A DNA stretch of 32,000 nt from Crocosphaera subtropica ATCC 51142 (GCF_000017845.1 NC_010546.1:3360001-3392000); one strand, 5' to 3'. Numbered from the stretch's first letter, positions 7,533 through 17,556 are shown. Translations and numbers: made by a program. The notes: a model not told the origin generated them from the letters alone.

Positions 7533-10229
7533 CTATTTACGCACCAATTTGACAATTTGTCCCACAATCACAGGCATAAAACTCCCTGCGATCGCCATTG
7601 CCCAACCCTTCACACCAGGGTCAACGGTTTGTAAGGCTCCTGAGAGTCCGGGTAAATAAACAGCAGATAACAGCAGTCCTGTGCAAATCAACAACGCACC
7701 CCAAATATAAGGATTTTGGCTAATTTCATTACGAATTAATCCCCCATCGGCATCACGCATATTAAAGACGTGCCATAACCGACCAAACGCTAAAGCCAAG
7801 AAAGAAATAGTCACTGCTGTTCGTTCGTCAAACTCCAATCCATAAAAGGCGTAGAAAAATATCCCTAACACCGAAACCGAAATTAATAAACCGTAAAGAA
7901 CAATAGCCAACCAATGGCCTTTAGTCAAAATAGGCTCTTTAGAATCACGGGGGGGATGTTCCATTAAATTCGGATTTCCTTCACCCACCCCTAACGCTAG
8001 AGCCGGAAAGACATCATTCACGGCATTTAAAAAGAGAATTTGTAACGGTAATAAGGGTAAGGGTGCATCCGTCAAAGAAGCAAACGCTACCGCCATAATT
8101 TCCCCCACATTACCGGAGAGTAAATAAATGGTAAATTTACGAATATTATTGAAGATTGCCCTTCCCTGCTCCACGGCTGCCACAATGGTAGAAAAAGCAT
8201 CATCTTGCAAGATCATATCTGCTGCTTCTTTGGCTACTTGGGTTCCTCGCTGTCCCATAGCGATGCCAATATCCGCTTTTTTCAAGGCCGGGGCATCATT
8301 CACCCCGTCCCCTGTCATCCCCACAACGGCCCCGGCCTGTTGATGGAGGGTAATTAAATTAAGTTTTTGTTCCGGACTGACCCGTGCAAAAATTGGCACT
8401 TGTCGCAGGGCTTCTTGTTGGTCTGAGGGGATATCATCAGGATTTTTGAGGACTTTTCCGAGTTGAGCTTCCCGTTCTTTTTCGGTGGTTAAGCCCACCG
8501 CTAAGCCAATATTACGGGCGGTCACTGGTTGATCGCCGGTGACCATTATGGGACGAATACCAGCCTCATGACAAGCTTTAAGGGCTTTTTTCACCGCTTC
8601 TCTGGGGGGATCAAGTAATCCTACCACTCCTAACAGGGTTAAATCTTGGTAAGGTTCACTATCTGGGTTATCAACGGTTTTTTGAGCGATCGCTAAAATT
8701 CTTAGTCCATCCTGGGCTAAAGAATGACATTTCTCTTCCCACGTTTGATAGGTTGGGTTGTCCATCTCCTGGGTTTGGTCAGAGGTGGCGTAATGGGAAC
8801 ACACCGGTAACACCGATTCTGGGGCCCCTTTAACCGCTACCCAATATCGACCTTCTACCTCGTGATAAGTCGCCATCATTTTGGTTTGAGTATCAAAGGC
8901 CTCTTCTCTGACTTCTGGCTTTTGTTCTCGCTGTTTATTACGGTTTAAGTCGGCTTTAGCTGCCAAAGCAACCAGGGCGATCTCGGTGGGATCTCCCACG
9001 TCTTGATTTTCTTTCCCTCCTTCTTCTGCGGCTAAAGTGGCATTATTACACAACACACAAACATTTAAGAGATTCCTCAGAATTGGATGATCTAAGGGAT
9101 CAATGGTTTGGTCATTACGGCGAAATTGACCTTGAGTTTGTTCTTCCCCGGTTATTTCAATGGAATCAGACCATAACCTAACTTCCCTAGCTGTCATGCG
9201 GTTTTCCGTTAAGGTTCCCGTTTTATCCGTGCAAATAATACTGGTTGCCCCTAACGTTTCTACAGCAGAGAGACGGTTAATAATAGCGTTGCGTTTGGCC
9301 ATGCGCCACATTCCTCGGGCCAAAGCCACCGTTGCCACAATGGGTAAGCCTTCAGGGACAGCGGCCACCGATAAAGCGATCGCTGTTTCTACCATCGTAT
9401 ACAAATCACGACCACTAACAATCCCCACACCGGCAATAACAACGGCAATTAACAGGGTAATCCAAATTAACCGTTTGCCGAGACTATCTAACCGCTTTTC
9501 TAGGGGGGTAACTTCTTCTTCTGCTTGGGCGGTTAAGGAGGAAATATGACCCAGTTCCGTATCCATTCCGGTACTCACGACGACCCCTTCACCACTGCCG
9601 CGAGTAATGGCAGTTCCTTTGAATACCATGTTACGGCGATCGGCGATTTCTAGCTCTTTTTTGAGGGGTTCGATGGTTTTACTGACGGGAACAGATTCTC
9701 CTGTGAGGGCTGATTCATCTGCTTGCAGTTTGGAAGCTTCTAGCAAGCGCAGATCCGCTGCCACTAAGTCCCCACCCTCTAAAATGACAATATCTCCAGG
9801 AACTAATCCCTCGGCATCGATTTCTTGTACTTGATGATTACGTCGCACCTTAGCTTTCGTTTTACTCAGTTGTTGCAGGGATTCCATCGAACGGACTGCT
9901 TTCGTTTCCGTCACAAAGCCAATCACTGTATTGAGTAGAATCGCTATGATAATAGCAATCCCTTCGATCCATTCTTGAAAGGCAAAGGAGAGAACCGCAG
10001 CTACGGCTAATAAGGCGATAATGGGGCTTTTGAATTGAGCAATGAGAATTTGCCAAACACTGCGACGTTGAAATTCTTCAAGACGATTTTTCCCATATTT
10101 TTCTCGTCGTTTTTTAACCGTTGATGGATCTAACCCTTGTTTGAGATCGACGGATAAGCGTTGAAGAACATCGTCTGTTTGTAGGGAACTGGCCTCTTCT
10201 AGGTCTACTTTTGGTGCGACTTGACTCAT
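7533..10229 (-). CDS. cation-transporting P-type ATPase (type II, Ca2+-ATPase-like)
   Basis: 898 aa with TGES, ICTDKTGTLTEN (phosphorylated Asp), MVTGDQ and GDGVNDAPALKKADIGIAMG, and an N-terminal cation-ATPase-N-like region. Confidence 0.9.
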   Translation of the reverse strand: MSQVAPKVDLEEASSLQTDDVLQRLSVDLKQGLDPSTVKKRREKYGKNRLEEFQRRSVWQILIAQFKSPIIALLAVAAVLSFAFQEWIEGIAIIIAILLNTVIGFVTETKAVRSMESLQQLSKTKAKVRRNHQVQEIDAEGLVPGDIVILEGGDLVAADLRLLEASKLQADESALTGESVPVSKTIEPLKKELEIADRRNMVFKGTAITRGSGEGVVVSTGMDTELGHISSLTAQAEEEVTPLEKRLDSLGKRLIWITLLIAVVIAGVGIVSGRDLYTMVETAIALSVAAVPEGLPIVATVALARGMWRMAKRNAIINRLSAVETLGATSIICTDKTGTLTENRMTAREVRLWSDSIEITGEEQTQGQFRRNDQTIDPLDHPILRNLLNVCVLCNNATLAAEEGGKENQDVGDPTEIALVALAAKADLNRNKQREQKPEVREEAFDTQTKMMATYHEVEGRYWVAVKGAPESVLPVCSHYATSDQTQEMDNPTYQTWEEKCHSLAQDGLRILAIAQKTVDNPDSEPYQDLTLLGVVGLLDPPREAVKKALKACHEAGIRPIMVTGDQPVTARNIGLAVGLTTEKEREAQLGKVLKNPDDIPSDQQEALRQVPIFARVSPEQKLNLITLHQQAGAVVGMTGDGVNDAPALKKADIGIAMGQRGTQVAKEAADMILQDDAFSTIVAAVEQGRAIFNNIRKFTIYLLSGNVGEIMAVAFASLTDAPLPLLPLQILFLNAVNDVFPALALGVGEGNPNLMEHPPRDSKEPILTKGHWLAIVLYGLLISVSVLGIFFYAFYGLEFDERTAVTISFLALAFGRLWHVFNMRDADGGLIRNEISQNPYIWGALLICTGLLLSAVYLPGLSGALQTVDPGVKGWAMAIAGSFMPVIVGQIVKLVRK

Positions 10230-10683
10230 ATTTTCAATTGATGTTTTAAGGGCTGTTTAAATTTTGTCGCGTATTTATATTTATTTAATCCTTCTTTAGT
10301 ATTATTATCGGAAACCCTATTGAGGAAATAGTTAAAAATTAGAGGTTGCACCTTGTTTATAATTCTCTGATCGACATAAAGAACAAGAAACAGAATTTTA
10401 TGTTTACGTTAATTCTTTGAAAATTGATTTTCTCGATTTTATTTATAAACTTGTTTGGTTTGATAACAGTTTTCATTTGCATAGATTAAACATTAAAATA
10501 CCAATACTCCCCCCACTGCCCAGACTTACCCTTACTAAAATTCTGATACACTCAATTGAAGACGACTGTGAGTATAAAATGTCATATGAAATCCGCTTAA
10601 TTACTCATCATTACAATCATGGCTGCAAACCCCTCCTCCCGCAATACGACTCGGTTAAGCGCAAAACCTTAGTTGAGACTGCA

Positions 10684-10785
10684 AACCTGAGTTCGGTGTT
10701 AGGAGTTCGGAGGACGCTACACGCATCTTCGGTGGCGGAGTTGAGTCTTTTTTTACAAGATATAGGGGTTTGAAACTACTGCTTC
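10684..10785 (-). mobile_element. MITE copy 2 (inverted orientation, truncated/degenerate)
   Basis: aacctgagttcggtgttaggagttcggag at 10684-10712 equals the reverse complement of the copy 1 right end. Homology continues to about 10785. The second TIR is missing. Confidence 0.55.
10713..10735. other. 23-nt GC-rich segment within MITE copy 2 at the same site as the segment in copy 3
   Basis: Copy 2 reads ggagttcggag-gacgctacacgcatcttcggtgg-cggagtt. The reverse complement of copy 1 reads ggagttcggag-gt-cggagtt. Confidence 0.6.
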
Positions 10786-11068
10786 CTCTGCTCCCTTTGC
10801 TCCCCCTCCTTACCCCACTATAAAGTATAGTATTCAAAGAGATTTCATGTCAGTAGAGGTTTAGCATTTCTCAAACCCTACTCCCGCAACATGATAATTT
10901 TTCCTATTCTTCGTAAGATTTTACGATCAACAGATCGCTACAATCCTTGTTTATTCACTATTTCCTTTAGTTTAATCTGACCAAATCACGATTGGTTGAC
11001 GATTCTATTGAAGAAAGGGTTAAAAAAAGTTTATTAATGGTGTATACTGAATATTTGTGACCCCATAA

Positions 11069-11155
11069 GGAGAGGTGGCCGAGTGGTTGAAGGCGCAGCA
11101 CTGGAAATGCTGTTTAGGGGTAACTCTAACGAGGGTTCGAATCCCTCCCTCTCCG
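11069..11155 (+). tRNA. tRNA-Ser (anticodon GGA)
   Basis: Hand-folded cloverleaf: acceptor ggagagg/cctctcc, anticodon stem cagca/tgctg with loop ctGGAaa, a long variable arm, and T-arm gaggg-ttcgaat-ccctc. Discriminator is g; CCA is not encoded. Confidence 0.9.
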
Positions 11156-11403
11156 TTACCCTCAGAGAAGATTTAAGACTAACGGATAAATTTGTATAAC
11201 GATTTGAAATCTAAGAAATTAGATTACCTGTTGGGGAGTCTACTCAACAGATACAGGTTAAACTATTGTCAATAAAGAGAATTGGTATCACCTTGTTTGA
11301 AAGAGTAATTAAGCGATCGCAATCTTTGAGAAACCAGACTAAGATTATCATAGTTTAGTTGTACTCAGTGAGACAGCGATCGCTGATCAAGTTCAGACAG
11401 TGT

Positions 11404-11580
11404 TTATTCTTCGTCGTCTTCCTCTTCATCTTGAGGATAGACAAAACTGTTGGAACGGCCTGATAAAACAGATTTACCTAAAGATAAGGCTTTTTGTGCT
11501 TCTAAAGCTGCGGTACGTTTCCAGTGAGCTTTACGTTGATCTCGTTTTGCGTTGGATGTTTTCTTCTTAGGGACTGCCAT
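11404..11580 (-). CDS. rpmF: 50S ribosomal protein L32
   Basis: 58-aa ORF not in the ORF track: [72 protein letters not shown] is the L32 signature. Confidence 0.85.
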   Translation of the reverse strand: MAVPKKKTSNAKRDQRKAHWKRTAALEAQKALSLGKSVLSGRSNSFVYPQDEEEDDEE

Positions 11581-11656
11581 AGGACTTAAACATAAAATAA
11601 TTACACAACCTTTCTATTATACGTTATTCTCTAGTTTAATTGCTACCGATAGGCTC

Positions 11657-11905
11657 TTATTCTGCGAGAGAAGCTAATTCATCAAAAGTAATAAAGCCAT
11701 CATGATTTAGATCACATTTATTAAAGGTTGATTCAACGGCTGCGGTAATATCTAGGTCTGTATTTTTACCCCAAATGGTTTCTAATAATTGTTTTAATTC
11801 CTGTCGATCAATTTTACCATTCTTATCTTGATCAATTTCTACAAAAAACTTTTTTAATTCTTCGGTTTCATGTTTATTTAAGGGAATGTTCATGATTAAT
11901 AACAC
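11657..11905 (-). CDS. EF-hand calcium-binding protein (two canonical loops)
   Basis: DQDKNGKIDRQE and DLNHDGFITFDE both fit the 12-residue EF-hand loop pattern D-x-[DN]-x-[DN]-G-x-I-x-x-x-E. Confidence 0.75.
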   Translation of the reverse strand: MLLIMNIPLNKHETEELKKFFVEIDQDKNGKIDRQELKQLLETIWGKNTDLDITAAVESTFNKCDLNHDGFITFDELASLAE

Positions 11906-11910
11906 CTCTA

Positions 11911-12414
11911 TTAATGACTAATTTCTATTGTCCAAGGTTCTCCAGATTGAGGAATACCAAATCCTGGTAAGTTTAATGATACTCCAATTTGATTAATATG
12001 ATAACTCACCATTCCTTTTGTTCCAATTTCCAAACTTAATTTTTCAAATATTTTATCTTCCCAAGGTTGTTTTTCTCCTTCTATGATTTCCCACTGTCTT
12101 TCTGTTATAAATCCTGATTGTAAAAGACGGATAACTTGTTTACCTTGAAAATAACAAAAACTAACTGAATCTGATATCGTATAAGCTGCTAATCCTAATA
12201 TTTTTTGATTCGGAAAAATTTGAGCGATTTTTTTACCGTAGGAAATAACCTTTTCTGGTTCATTTACATAAAGTTGTATCCAAGGGGTTTCTTGACGATA
12301 ACGAACGGAAAATTGATAACCTTCTTTGACTAAAATAGAGGCAATATTGTTAATTTCCTCTATATCAAATTTATCTCGACTATAAGATAAGTAAATTGCT
12401 CCAAATTTAGCCAT
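11911..12414 (-). CDS. hypothetical protein (167 aa, soluble)
   Basis: Uninterrupted ORF packed tightly between the GT39 gene (9-nt gap) and the EF-hand gene (5-nt gap) on the same strand. I recognise no motif. Confidence 0.55.
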   Translation of the reverse strand: MAKFGAIYLSYSRDKFDIEEINNIASILVKEGYQFSVRYRQETPWIQLYVNEPEKVISYGKKIAQIFPNQKILGLAAYTISDSVSFCYFQGKQVIRLLQSGFITERQWEIIEGEKQPWEDKIFEKLSLEIGTKGMVSYHINQIGVSLNLPGFGIPQSGEPWTIEISH

Positions 12415-12423
12415 TTTTTCAAA

Positions 12424-14109
12424 TTATCGAATAGAGTTTTCTGTTGCTACATAAGGTCTTAATAAGTTGTTAGCTTCGTAGAAATAAAAAACATTAACAA
12501 CTACGCCCCCTCGCTTAATTTCTATTTTACCGATTTCTTTCATTTCTTCAAAAAAAGCTCTAAATTCATCAGTTAATTCTGGCATTTCATGAAACCGTTT
12601 TAAGGTAATATAAAGGGCATTTTTTCCTATCCATTGATCCGTATCTGGCCAAAAGTAAAACCCCCGCCTATCATAACTAAAACAAGTCACAGGAATATCA
12701 TATAATGGTTCTAAAGCTAAATCAATCAATCCTGCTAAATAATAGGCATTTGTAAACAAAAAATCTGATTGTTTTAAATAGTTTAATAATAAAGGAGATT
12801 TATTAACTTGTTTTCTAAATTCTTCCACATCAATGAGTTCAGTTGTGGGGTCAGTTTCAGGGGTTAAAAAGCCTTTAAATAAAGCATTGTGGCTAGATTG
12901 AAAAAAAGTTCCTGTATTAAGATGAAGTAATAATAATAACAAAATAGTGTTAATAGCGATCGCACTGCCAAACAACCATCGTTTTACCCATATTTTTGAA
13001 TAGTTTAACCATCGTTCTCCATACAATCCTAATAGGAAAATCATGCCCCAGTAACCAGGTATTGGCCAAGTAACTAATATTTGTTCTTTGCCTCCTAAAA
13101 TAATTAATCCCAGGGTTAACGGTAAAGATATCCAATAAATAAATAATTTTTTATTACTTAAATTATCAACATTTTTTTTCTTAGATAATAATTGATAACC
13201 ATCACAATATAAACTTTTAGTCATTACCCACCACAAGGGAAATCCAATAGTTGGAAATAATAGAGCAATGTTTACTCCGAATACACCTAAAGCATTGAGA
13301 ATATGATAAGATTTCTGAGGAGCATTAGGTACAGGTAAAAAGCGATCAGAAAGCTGAAACTTTAAAGATATCCAGTCATGTTGATAATTCCAAAATAATA
13401 AAGGAAATAAAGTTAGAATAAATAAAAATAATCCTAAAATTGTCCAACGAGAAAGCAAAGCTTTACGGTAATTATTACTACTTAAACAAAAGCCAACTAA
13501 ACAAAATCCTAAAACAAAACCATGATATTTGCTTAAACAAGCTAATCCGATTAAAACACCTAAAATGCTGAGACGATAACTCGGTACATAAAGTTGATTT
13601 CGTCTTGTAAAGAATTCGTCAGTAGCACAATATAAAGCAGCCGACCAAAAAAAAATCAAAGGACTATCAGGCAGGGTGATGATGCCAAAACCTAACTGAA
13701 AAATTGGAATAATTGAGCATAATACTAAGGTTATTTTTGCTGCTGTTTTGCTAAACAATTTAGCACTGGTTAGATATAATAAAAATAGACTGCCTGTATA
13801 TAAAATTAAAGTTCCAATCCGTAAAGTAAAAGGAGATGTAATTCCCGTTAACCAAATACCCAAACCAGTGGTTAAAGCGACCATAATGGGATGATCAAAA
13901 TAACTCCAATCGAGATGTTTAGTATAAAGATAATAATAGCCTTCATCGTAGCCAGGCAAGAGCCAAAAAGCGACAAAAGATCGGAATAATAAACCTATTA
14001 ATAAAATCCAAGCAATCGATAGAGTTTCAGGGTTTTCTTTTTTGAGGATAACGAAATTAAAAGAGAATAGCCTTTTAAATACAAAAAATATAGGATTATT
14101 CATTGACAA
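12424..14109 (-). CDS. glycosyltransferase family 39 (ArnT/PMT-like GT-C membrane glycosyltransferase)
   Basis: 561 aa and polytopic. The first-loop motif LPGYDEGYYYLYTKHLDWSYFDHPIMV matches the DE..Y...HLDW.YFDHPP pattern of PMT_2/GT39 proteins. Confidence 0.75.
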   Translation of the reverse strand: MSMNNPIFFVFKRLFSFNFVILKKENPETLSIAWILLIGLLFRSFVAFWLLPGYDEGYYYLYTKHLDWSYFDHPIMVALTTGLGIWLTGITSPFTLRIGTLILYTGSLFLLYLTSAKLFSKTAAKITLVLCSIIPIFQLGFGIITLPDSPLIFFWSAALYCATDEFFTRRNQLYVPSYRLSILGVLIGLACLSKYHGFVLGFCLVGFCLSSNNYRKALLSRWTILGLFLFILTLFPLLFWNYQHDWISLKFQLSDRFLPVPNAPQKSYHILNALGVFGVNIALLFPTIGFPLWWVMTKSLYCDGYQLLSKKKNVDNLSNKKLFIYWISLPLTLGLIILGGKEQILVTWPIPGYWGMIFLLGLYGERWLNYSKIWVKRWLFGSAIAINTILLLLLLHLNTGTFFQSSHNALFKGFLTPETDPTTELIDVEEFRKQVNKSPLLLNYLKQSDFLFTNAYYLAGLIDLALEPLYDIPVTCFSYDRRGFYFWPDTDQWIGKNALYITLKRFHEMPELTDEFRAFFEEMKEIGKIEIKRGGVVVNVFYFYEANNLLRPYVATENSIR

Positions 14110-14167
14110 CTTTAATAAAAATCGGGAGCAGTTTACACCAAAAAATTATTTCAACAAGATTAACCTT

Positions 14168-15262
14168 TTAGACTTTGTTCAAATACCCTTCCACTAAAAT
14201 ATCTCTATCCACTTGACGCAGACTAACATTTTGTAATGATAAAGCATCAGACATTTTTTCTAAGCCTAAATTGCCTACAGGAGAAGCAGCTGAGAAACCG
14301 CCGATGATTTTCGGGGCAATAAATGCCATAATTTTTTGAATTCCCCCTTGGGCAATGGCTTCTGCTGCTAAAACTCCCCCACATTCCCACAAAATGCTGG
14401 ATAATTGTCGTTCACATAGAACATCCATCACCTGAGAAGGGATTAGAGGAGATAATTCAATCACTTCTACCCCTTTCCTTCGTAACTGTGTTTGTAGAGA
14501 GGGATTTTTGCCCCATTCTGTAAACACAATAGTCGGTGCTATCTCAACATTCCAGAGATTAGCGTCTTGAGGTAGATGTAAATTACGACTCATTACCACT
14601 CGCAAAGGATTGCGTCCAGTAGCTTGATGAATAGTCAAATGGGGATTATCCCGACGAACTGTATTCCCCCCGACGATCACCGCATCACAACCAGCCCTCA
14701 TTTCATGAACCAATTGCCGAGACTTTGTTCCCGTTACCCAAGCACTATGGCCTGTACTGCTGGAAATTTTACCATCAAGGGTCATGGCATACTTGAGGAT
14801 ACCAAATGGCTGATTATGAAGAATGCGATGACAAAAAGCTTCATTTAAGCGGAGACAGGCTGCTTCTTCAACCCCAACTGTAACCTCTATTCCGGCCTCT
14901 TGTAATCTCGCAATACCCTTTCCTGAAACTAATGGGTTAGGATCGACCATACCCACTACGACCCTAGCGACTTTAGCCGAAATTAATGCTTCTGTACAGG
15001 GGGGTGTGCGACCATAATGGTTGCAGGGTTCTAAATTGACATAAACCGTCCCTCCTACGGCCTTTTCCCCTGCCTCTCGTAAGGCAAAAACTTCTGCATG
15101 GGGTTCTCCGGCTTTGAGGTGAAATCCTTCTCCGATAATTTTCCCCTCTTTAACAATAACCGCACCCACCAAAGGGTTAGGAGAGGTATAACCCAAACCT
15201 CGACGGGCTAAAGTTAAACATCTTTGCATCATTTGTTGATCAACGTTATCTGGAGTCATCAT
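14168..15262 (-). CDS. ribD: bifunctional diaminohydroxyphosphoribosylaminopyrimidine deaminase / 5-amino-6-(5-phosphoribosylamino)uracil reductase
   Basis: HAEVFALREAG and PCNHYGRTPPC zinc-deaminase motifs, plus a C-terminal RibD reductase domain. Confidence 0.9.
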   Translation of the reverse strand: MMTPDNVDQQMMQRCLTLARRGLGYTSPNPLVGAVIVKEGKIIGEGFHLKAGEPHAEVFALREAGEKAVGGTVYVNLEPCNHYGRTPPCTEALISAKVARVVVGMVDPNPLVSGKGIARLQEAGIEVTVGVEEAACLRLNEAFCHRILHNQPFGILKYAMTLDGKISSSTGHSAWVTGTKSRQLVHEMRAGCDAVIVGGNTVRRDNPHLTIHQATGRNPLRVVMSRNLHLPQDANLWNVEIAPTIVFTEWGKNPSLQTQLRRKGVEVIELSPLIPSQVMDVLCERQLSSILWECGGVLAAEAIAQGGIQKIMAFIAPKIIGGFSAASPVGNLGLEKMSDALSLQNVSLRQVDRDILVEGYLNKV

Positions 15263-15460
15263 AAGTCCGGCGTAATGGAAAGTCCTATTTTTGTTAAGGT
15301 TGTAACAAAAAATCAGGGATAATTATTAAGTGACCTTGACGAAATTAGGGGATTCTCTTTAGAGTTTATACACTAAGTAAGGAAATGACTGCTAAAAAAA
15401 CCTTTAACGAATAATTTAGTCATTTCCAGTGTTAATGATTTTGTGAATCATCTTCTAAAA

Positions 15461-16957
15461 ATGGTATCAACACGAACAACAAAAGATGTCCCTAGCTGGC
15501 AACCGTTAAAAGCGGTTGCTAGATCCTTTTCTCCTTATTGGATTGCTTGTATTCCTTTAGCAGCCATTATTACTATTGTTTTAAATAAGGCTGTTGTTGC
15601 TCAAGATGTAGAAGTTGACATATTCGCTCTGACAGAAGCAACCCCTGAGGCAATTATTCAACTACAAGGAACCCTCAACGCTATCTGGGTACTCATTGCA
15701 GCGATTCTCGTAATCTTTATGAATGCGGGTTTCGGGATGTTAGAAACTGGCTTTTGTCGTCACAAAAATGCAGTTAATATCCTGGCTAAGAACCTAATTG
15801 TGTTTGCCTTAGCCACCCTTGCTTATTGGGCGCTGGGTTACTCTCTCATGTTTGGTGGCCCGGAAAATCCCATCATTGGTTTTGGGGGTTGGTTCCTCAG
15901 TGGAGAACCCGCTACCTATGGCCTTGATCCTTTTCCTATCGGCCTCCCTGTTTCTGTGGCGTTCTTATTCCAAGCAGCCTTTGCTGGAACTGCCGCCACT
16001 ATTGTGTCAGGGGCGGTAGCCGAACGAATCAAGTTCACTGACTTTTTAATTTTCAGTTTATTGTTAGTGGGTATTTCCTATCCCATTACCGGTCACTGGG
16101 TTTGGAGTGGTGGTTGGTTAGGGTCTCTGGGATTTAGTGACTTTGCTGGTTCTACCGTGGTTCACTCCGTTGGAGGTTGGGCTGCATTAATGGGGGCAGC
16201 AATCTTAGGTCCGAGAATGGGTAAATATGTAGATGGTCGTCCCCAAGCTATTCCTGGCCATAACATGAGTATTGCTACTTTAGGCTGTCTGATTCTTTGG
16301 ATTGGCTGGTTTGGCTTTAATCCTGGTTCTCAATTGGCTGCTGATAGTGCCGTTCCTTACATTGCTGTTACCACCAACTTAGCTGCTGCTGCCGGCGGAG
16401 TTGCTGCAACTTTTGTGGCTTGGGCTAAAGATGGTAAACCTGACCTTTCTATGATCATTAATGGTATCTTAGCCGGGTTAGTGGGTATTACCGCCGGATG
16501 TAATGGTGTATCCTATTGGGGTGCTGTGATCATCGGTGCTGTTGCTGGTGTCATCGTTGTCTATTCCGTTAGCTTTATTGATTCAGTTCTCAAAATTGAT
16601 GATCCAGTTGGGGCCATTTCGGTTCACTTAGTCAATGGAATGTGGGGAACCTTAGCCGTTGGCTTATTTAACACCGAAAGCGGTTTATTTTACGGTGGCG
16701 GTATAGGTCAACTCATCAATCAAATTATTGGGATCGTTGCCATTGGTGCGTTTACTGTTGCCTTTAGTGCCATTGTCTGGACCGTTCTCAAGGCTACAAT
16801 GGGTATCCGTGTCAGTGCTGAAGAAGAACTCAATGGCCTCGATATTGGAGAACATGGTATGGAAGCTTATCATGGCTTCGTGAAAGAACCCGATGGTTTT
16901 GGGGGTGCAGGTTCTCATAGTATTAATGACGATATTCCCACTGGGGCCGGAATGTAA
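15461..16957 (+). CDS. amt: ammonium transporter (Amt family)
   Basis: [29 protein letters not shown] and [16 protein letters not shown] motifs, about 11 TM segments. ATG at 15461 preferred over the listed GTG at 15443. Confidence 0.9.
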   Translation: MVSTRTTKDVPSWQPLKAVARSFSPYWIACIPLAAIITIVLNKAVVAQDVEVDIFALTEATPEAIIQLQGTLNAIWVLIAAILVIFMNAGFGMLETGFCRHKNAVNILAKNLIVFALATLAYWALGYSLMFGGPENPIIGFGGWFLSGEPATYGLDPFPIGLPVSVAFLFQAAFAGTAATIVSGAVAERIKFTDFLIFSLLLVGISYPITGHWVWSGGWLGSLGFSDFAGSTVVHSVGGWAALMGAAILGPRMGKYVDGRPQAIPGHNMSIATLGCLILWIGWFGFNPGSQLAADSAVPYIAVTTNLAAAAGGVAATFVAWAKDGKPDLSMIINGILAGLVGITAGCNGVSYWGAVIIGAVAGVIVVYSVSFIDSVLKIDDPVGAISVHLVNGMWGTLAVGLFNTESGLFYGGGIGQLINQIIGIVAIGAFTVAFSAIVWTVLKATMGIRVSAEEELNGLDIGEHGMEAYHGFVKEPDGFGGAGSHSINDDIPTGAGM

Positions 16958-16977
16958 TTGATTTCCCTCTCAACCAT

Positions 16978-17007
16978 AAGTCCGCAGTGATAGCGGACTT
17001 TTTTTTA
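16978..17007 (+). terminator. intrinsic terminator after amt
   Basis: aagtccgc (16978-16985), loop agtgata, gcggactt (16993-17000), followed by a T run to about 17006. Confidence 0.7.
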
Positions 17008-17091
17008 TCTTTTTCTCAGAAAGCTCCCAGATTATCCTCAGATTCATCCTCCATAGTAGAAAGTGTCAAAGAGAATTCAGGAGTTACCCCG

Positions 17092-17556
17092 ATGAAATTA
17101 CGCCGTTTTGCTGCTTTTGGTCTTTCTTCTTCTTTATTATTCGGTTCTGCTCTTTTCTTACCCTTGTTTCCTTCTCAAGCTACGGCTAATCAGATAGAGG
17201 CGCAATTAATTGCCCAAGAAGTTTCTGTGTTATCTTCGAGTAATTTTATTACTGTCGAACAAGATCATCAAACCACGGGTCAAGTTCGTGTGATTCGCCT
17301 CAATGGAAAACGCTACCTAGACTTTGATTCTGAGTTTACCACTGCCCAAGGCCCCGATGTTCAAATTATTCTTTATCGGGGTAAAACAGTTCCTCTCAAT
17401 GTTTCTGAAGAGAACTATATTACCTTAGCTAAACTCAAAAGCTTTAATGGCTCACAACGCTACGAAATCCCCAATAATCTTGACTTGGATGATGTACAAT
17501 CTGTCGGCATTTGGTGTCGTAAATTTAATGTGACTTTTGCCTATGCTTCCCTTTAA
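17092..17556 (+). CDS. DM13 domain-containing secreted protein
   Basis: Signal peptide MKLRRFAAFGLSSSLLFGSALFLPLFPSQATA, aggag RBS at 17079-17084, and a C-terminal VGIWCRKFNVTFAYASL typical of DM13. The listed start at 16987 overlaps the amt terminator and is rejected. Confidence 0.7.
   Translation: MKLRRFAAFGLSSSLLFGSALFLPLFPSQATANQIEAQLIAQEVSVLSSSNFITVEQDHQTTGQVRVIRLNGKRYLDFDSEFTTAQGPDVQIILYRGKTVPLNVSEENYITLAKLKSFNGSQRYEIPNNLDLDDVQSVGIWCRKFNVTFAYASL

Noticed and set aside
8128-10056. ORFs 8128..8343, 9160..9549, 9607..9834 (plus strand) and 9862..10056 (minus strand, alternate frame)
   Set aside because: They are embedded in, or antisense to, the P-type ATPase CDS. They have no motifs, and their composition is Ala/Ser/Arg-rich as expected of antisense frames.
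10417-10837. ORFs 10417..10773 (plus strand) and 10655..10837 (minus strand)
   Set aside because: They run through MITE fragments and AT-rich spacer. They have no RBS, and the translations are not protein-like.
15301-15316. NtcA binding site (GTA-N8-TAC) in the ribD-amt divergent promoter
   Set aside because: Only an imperfect tgtaacaaaaaatca is present (GTA-N8-TCA), and no TAN3T -10 box lies at the expected spacing of about 22 nt. This is not enough to call.
16987-17091. N-terminal extension of the DM13 ORF
   Set aside because: It overlaps the amt intrinsic terminator, and a good RBS plus signal peptide begins at 17092.
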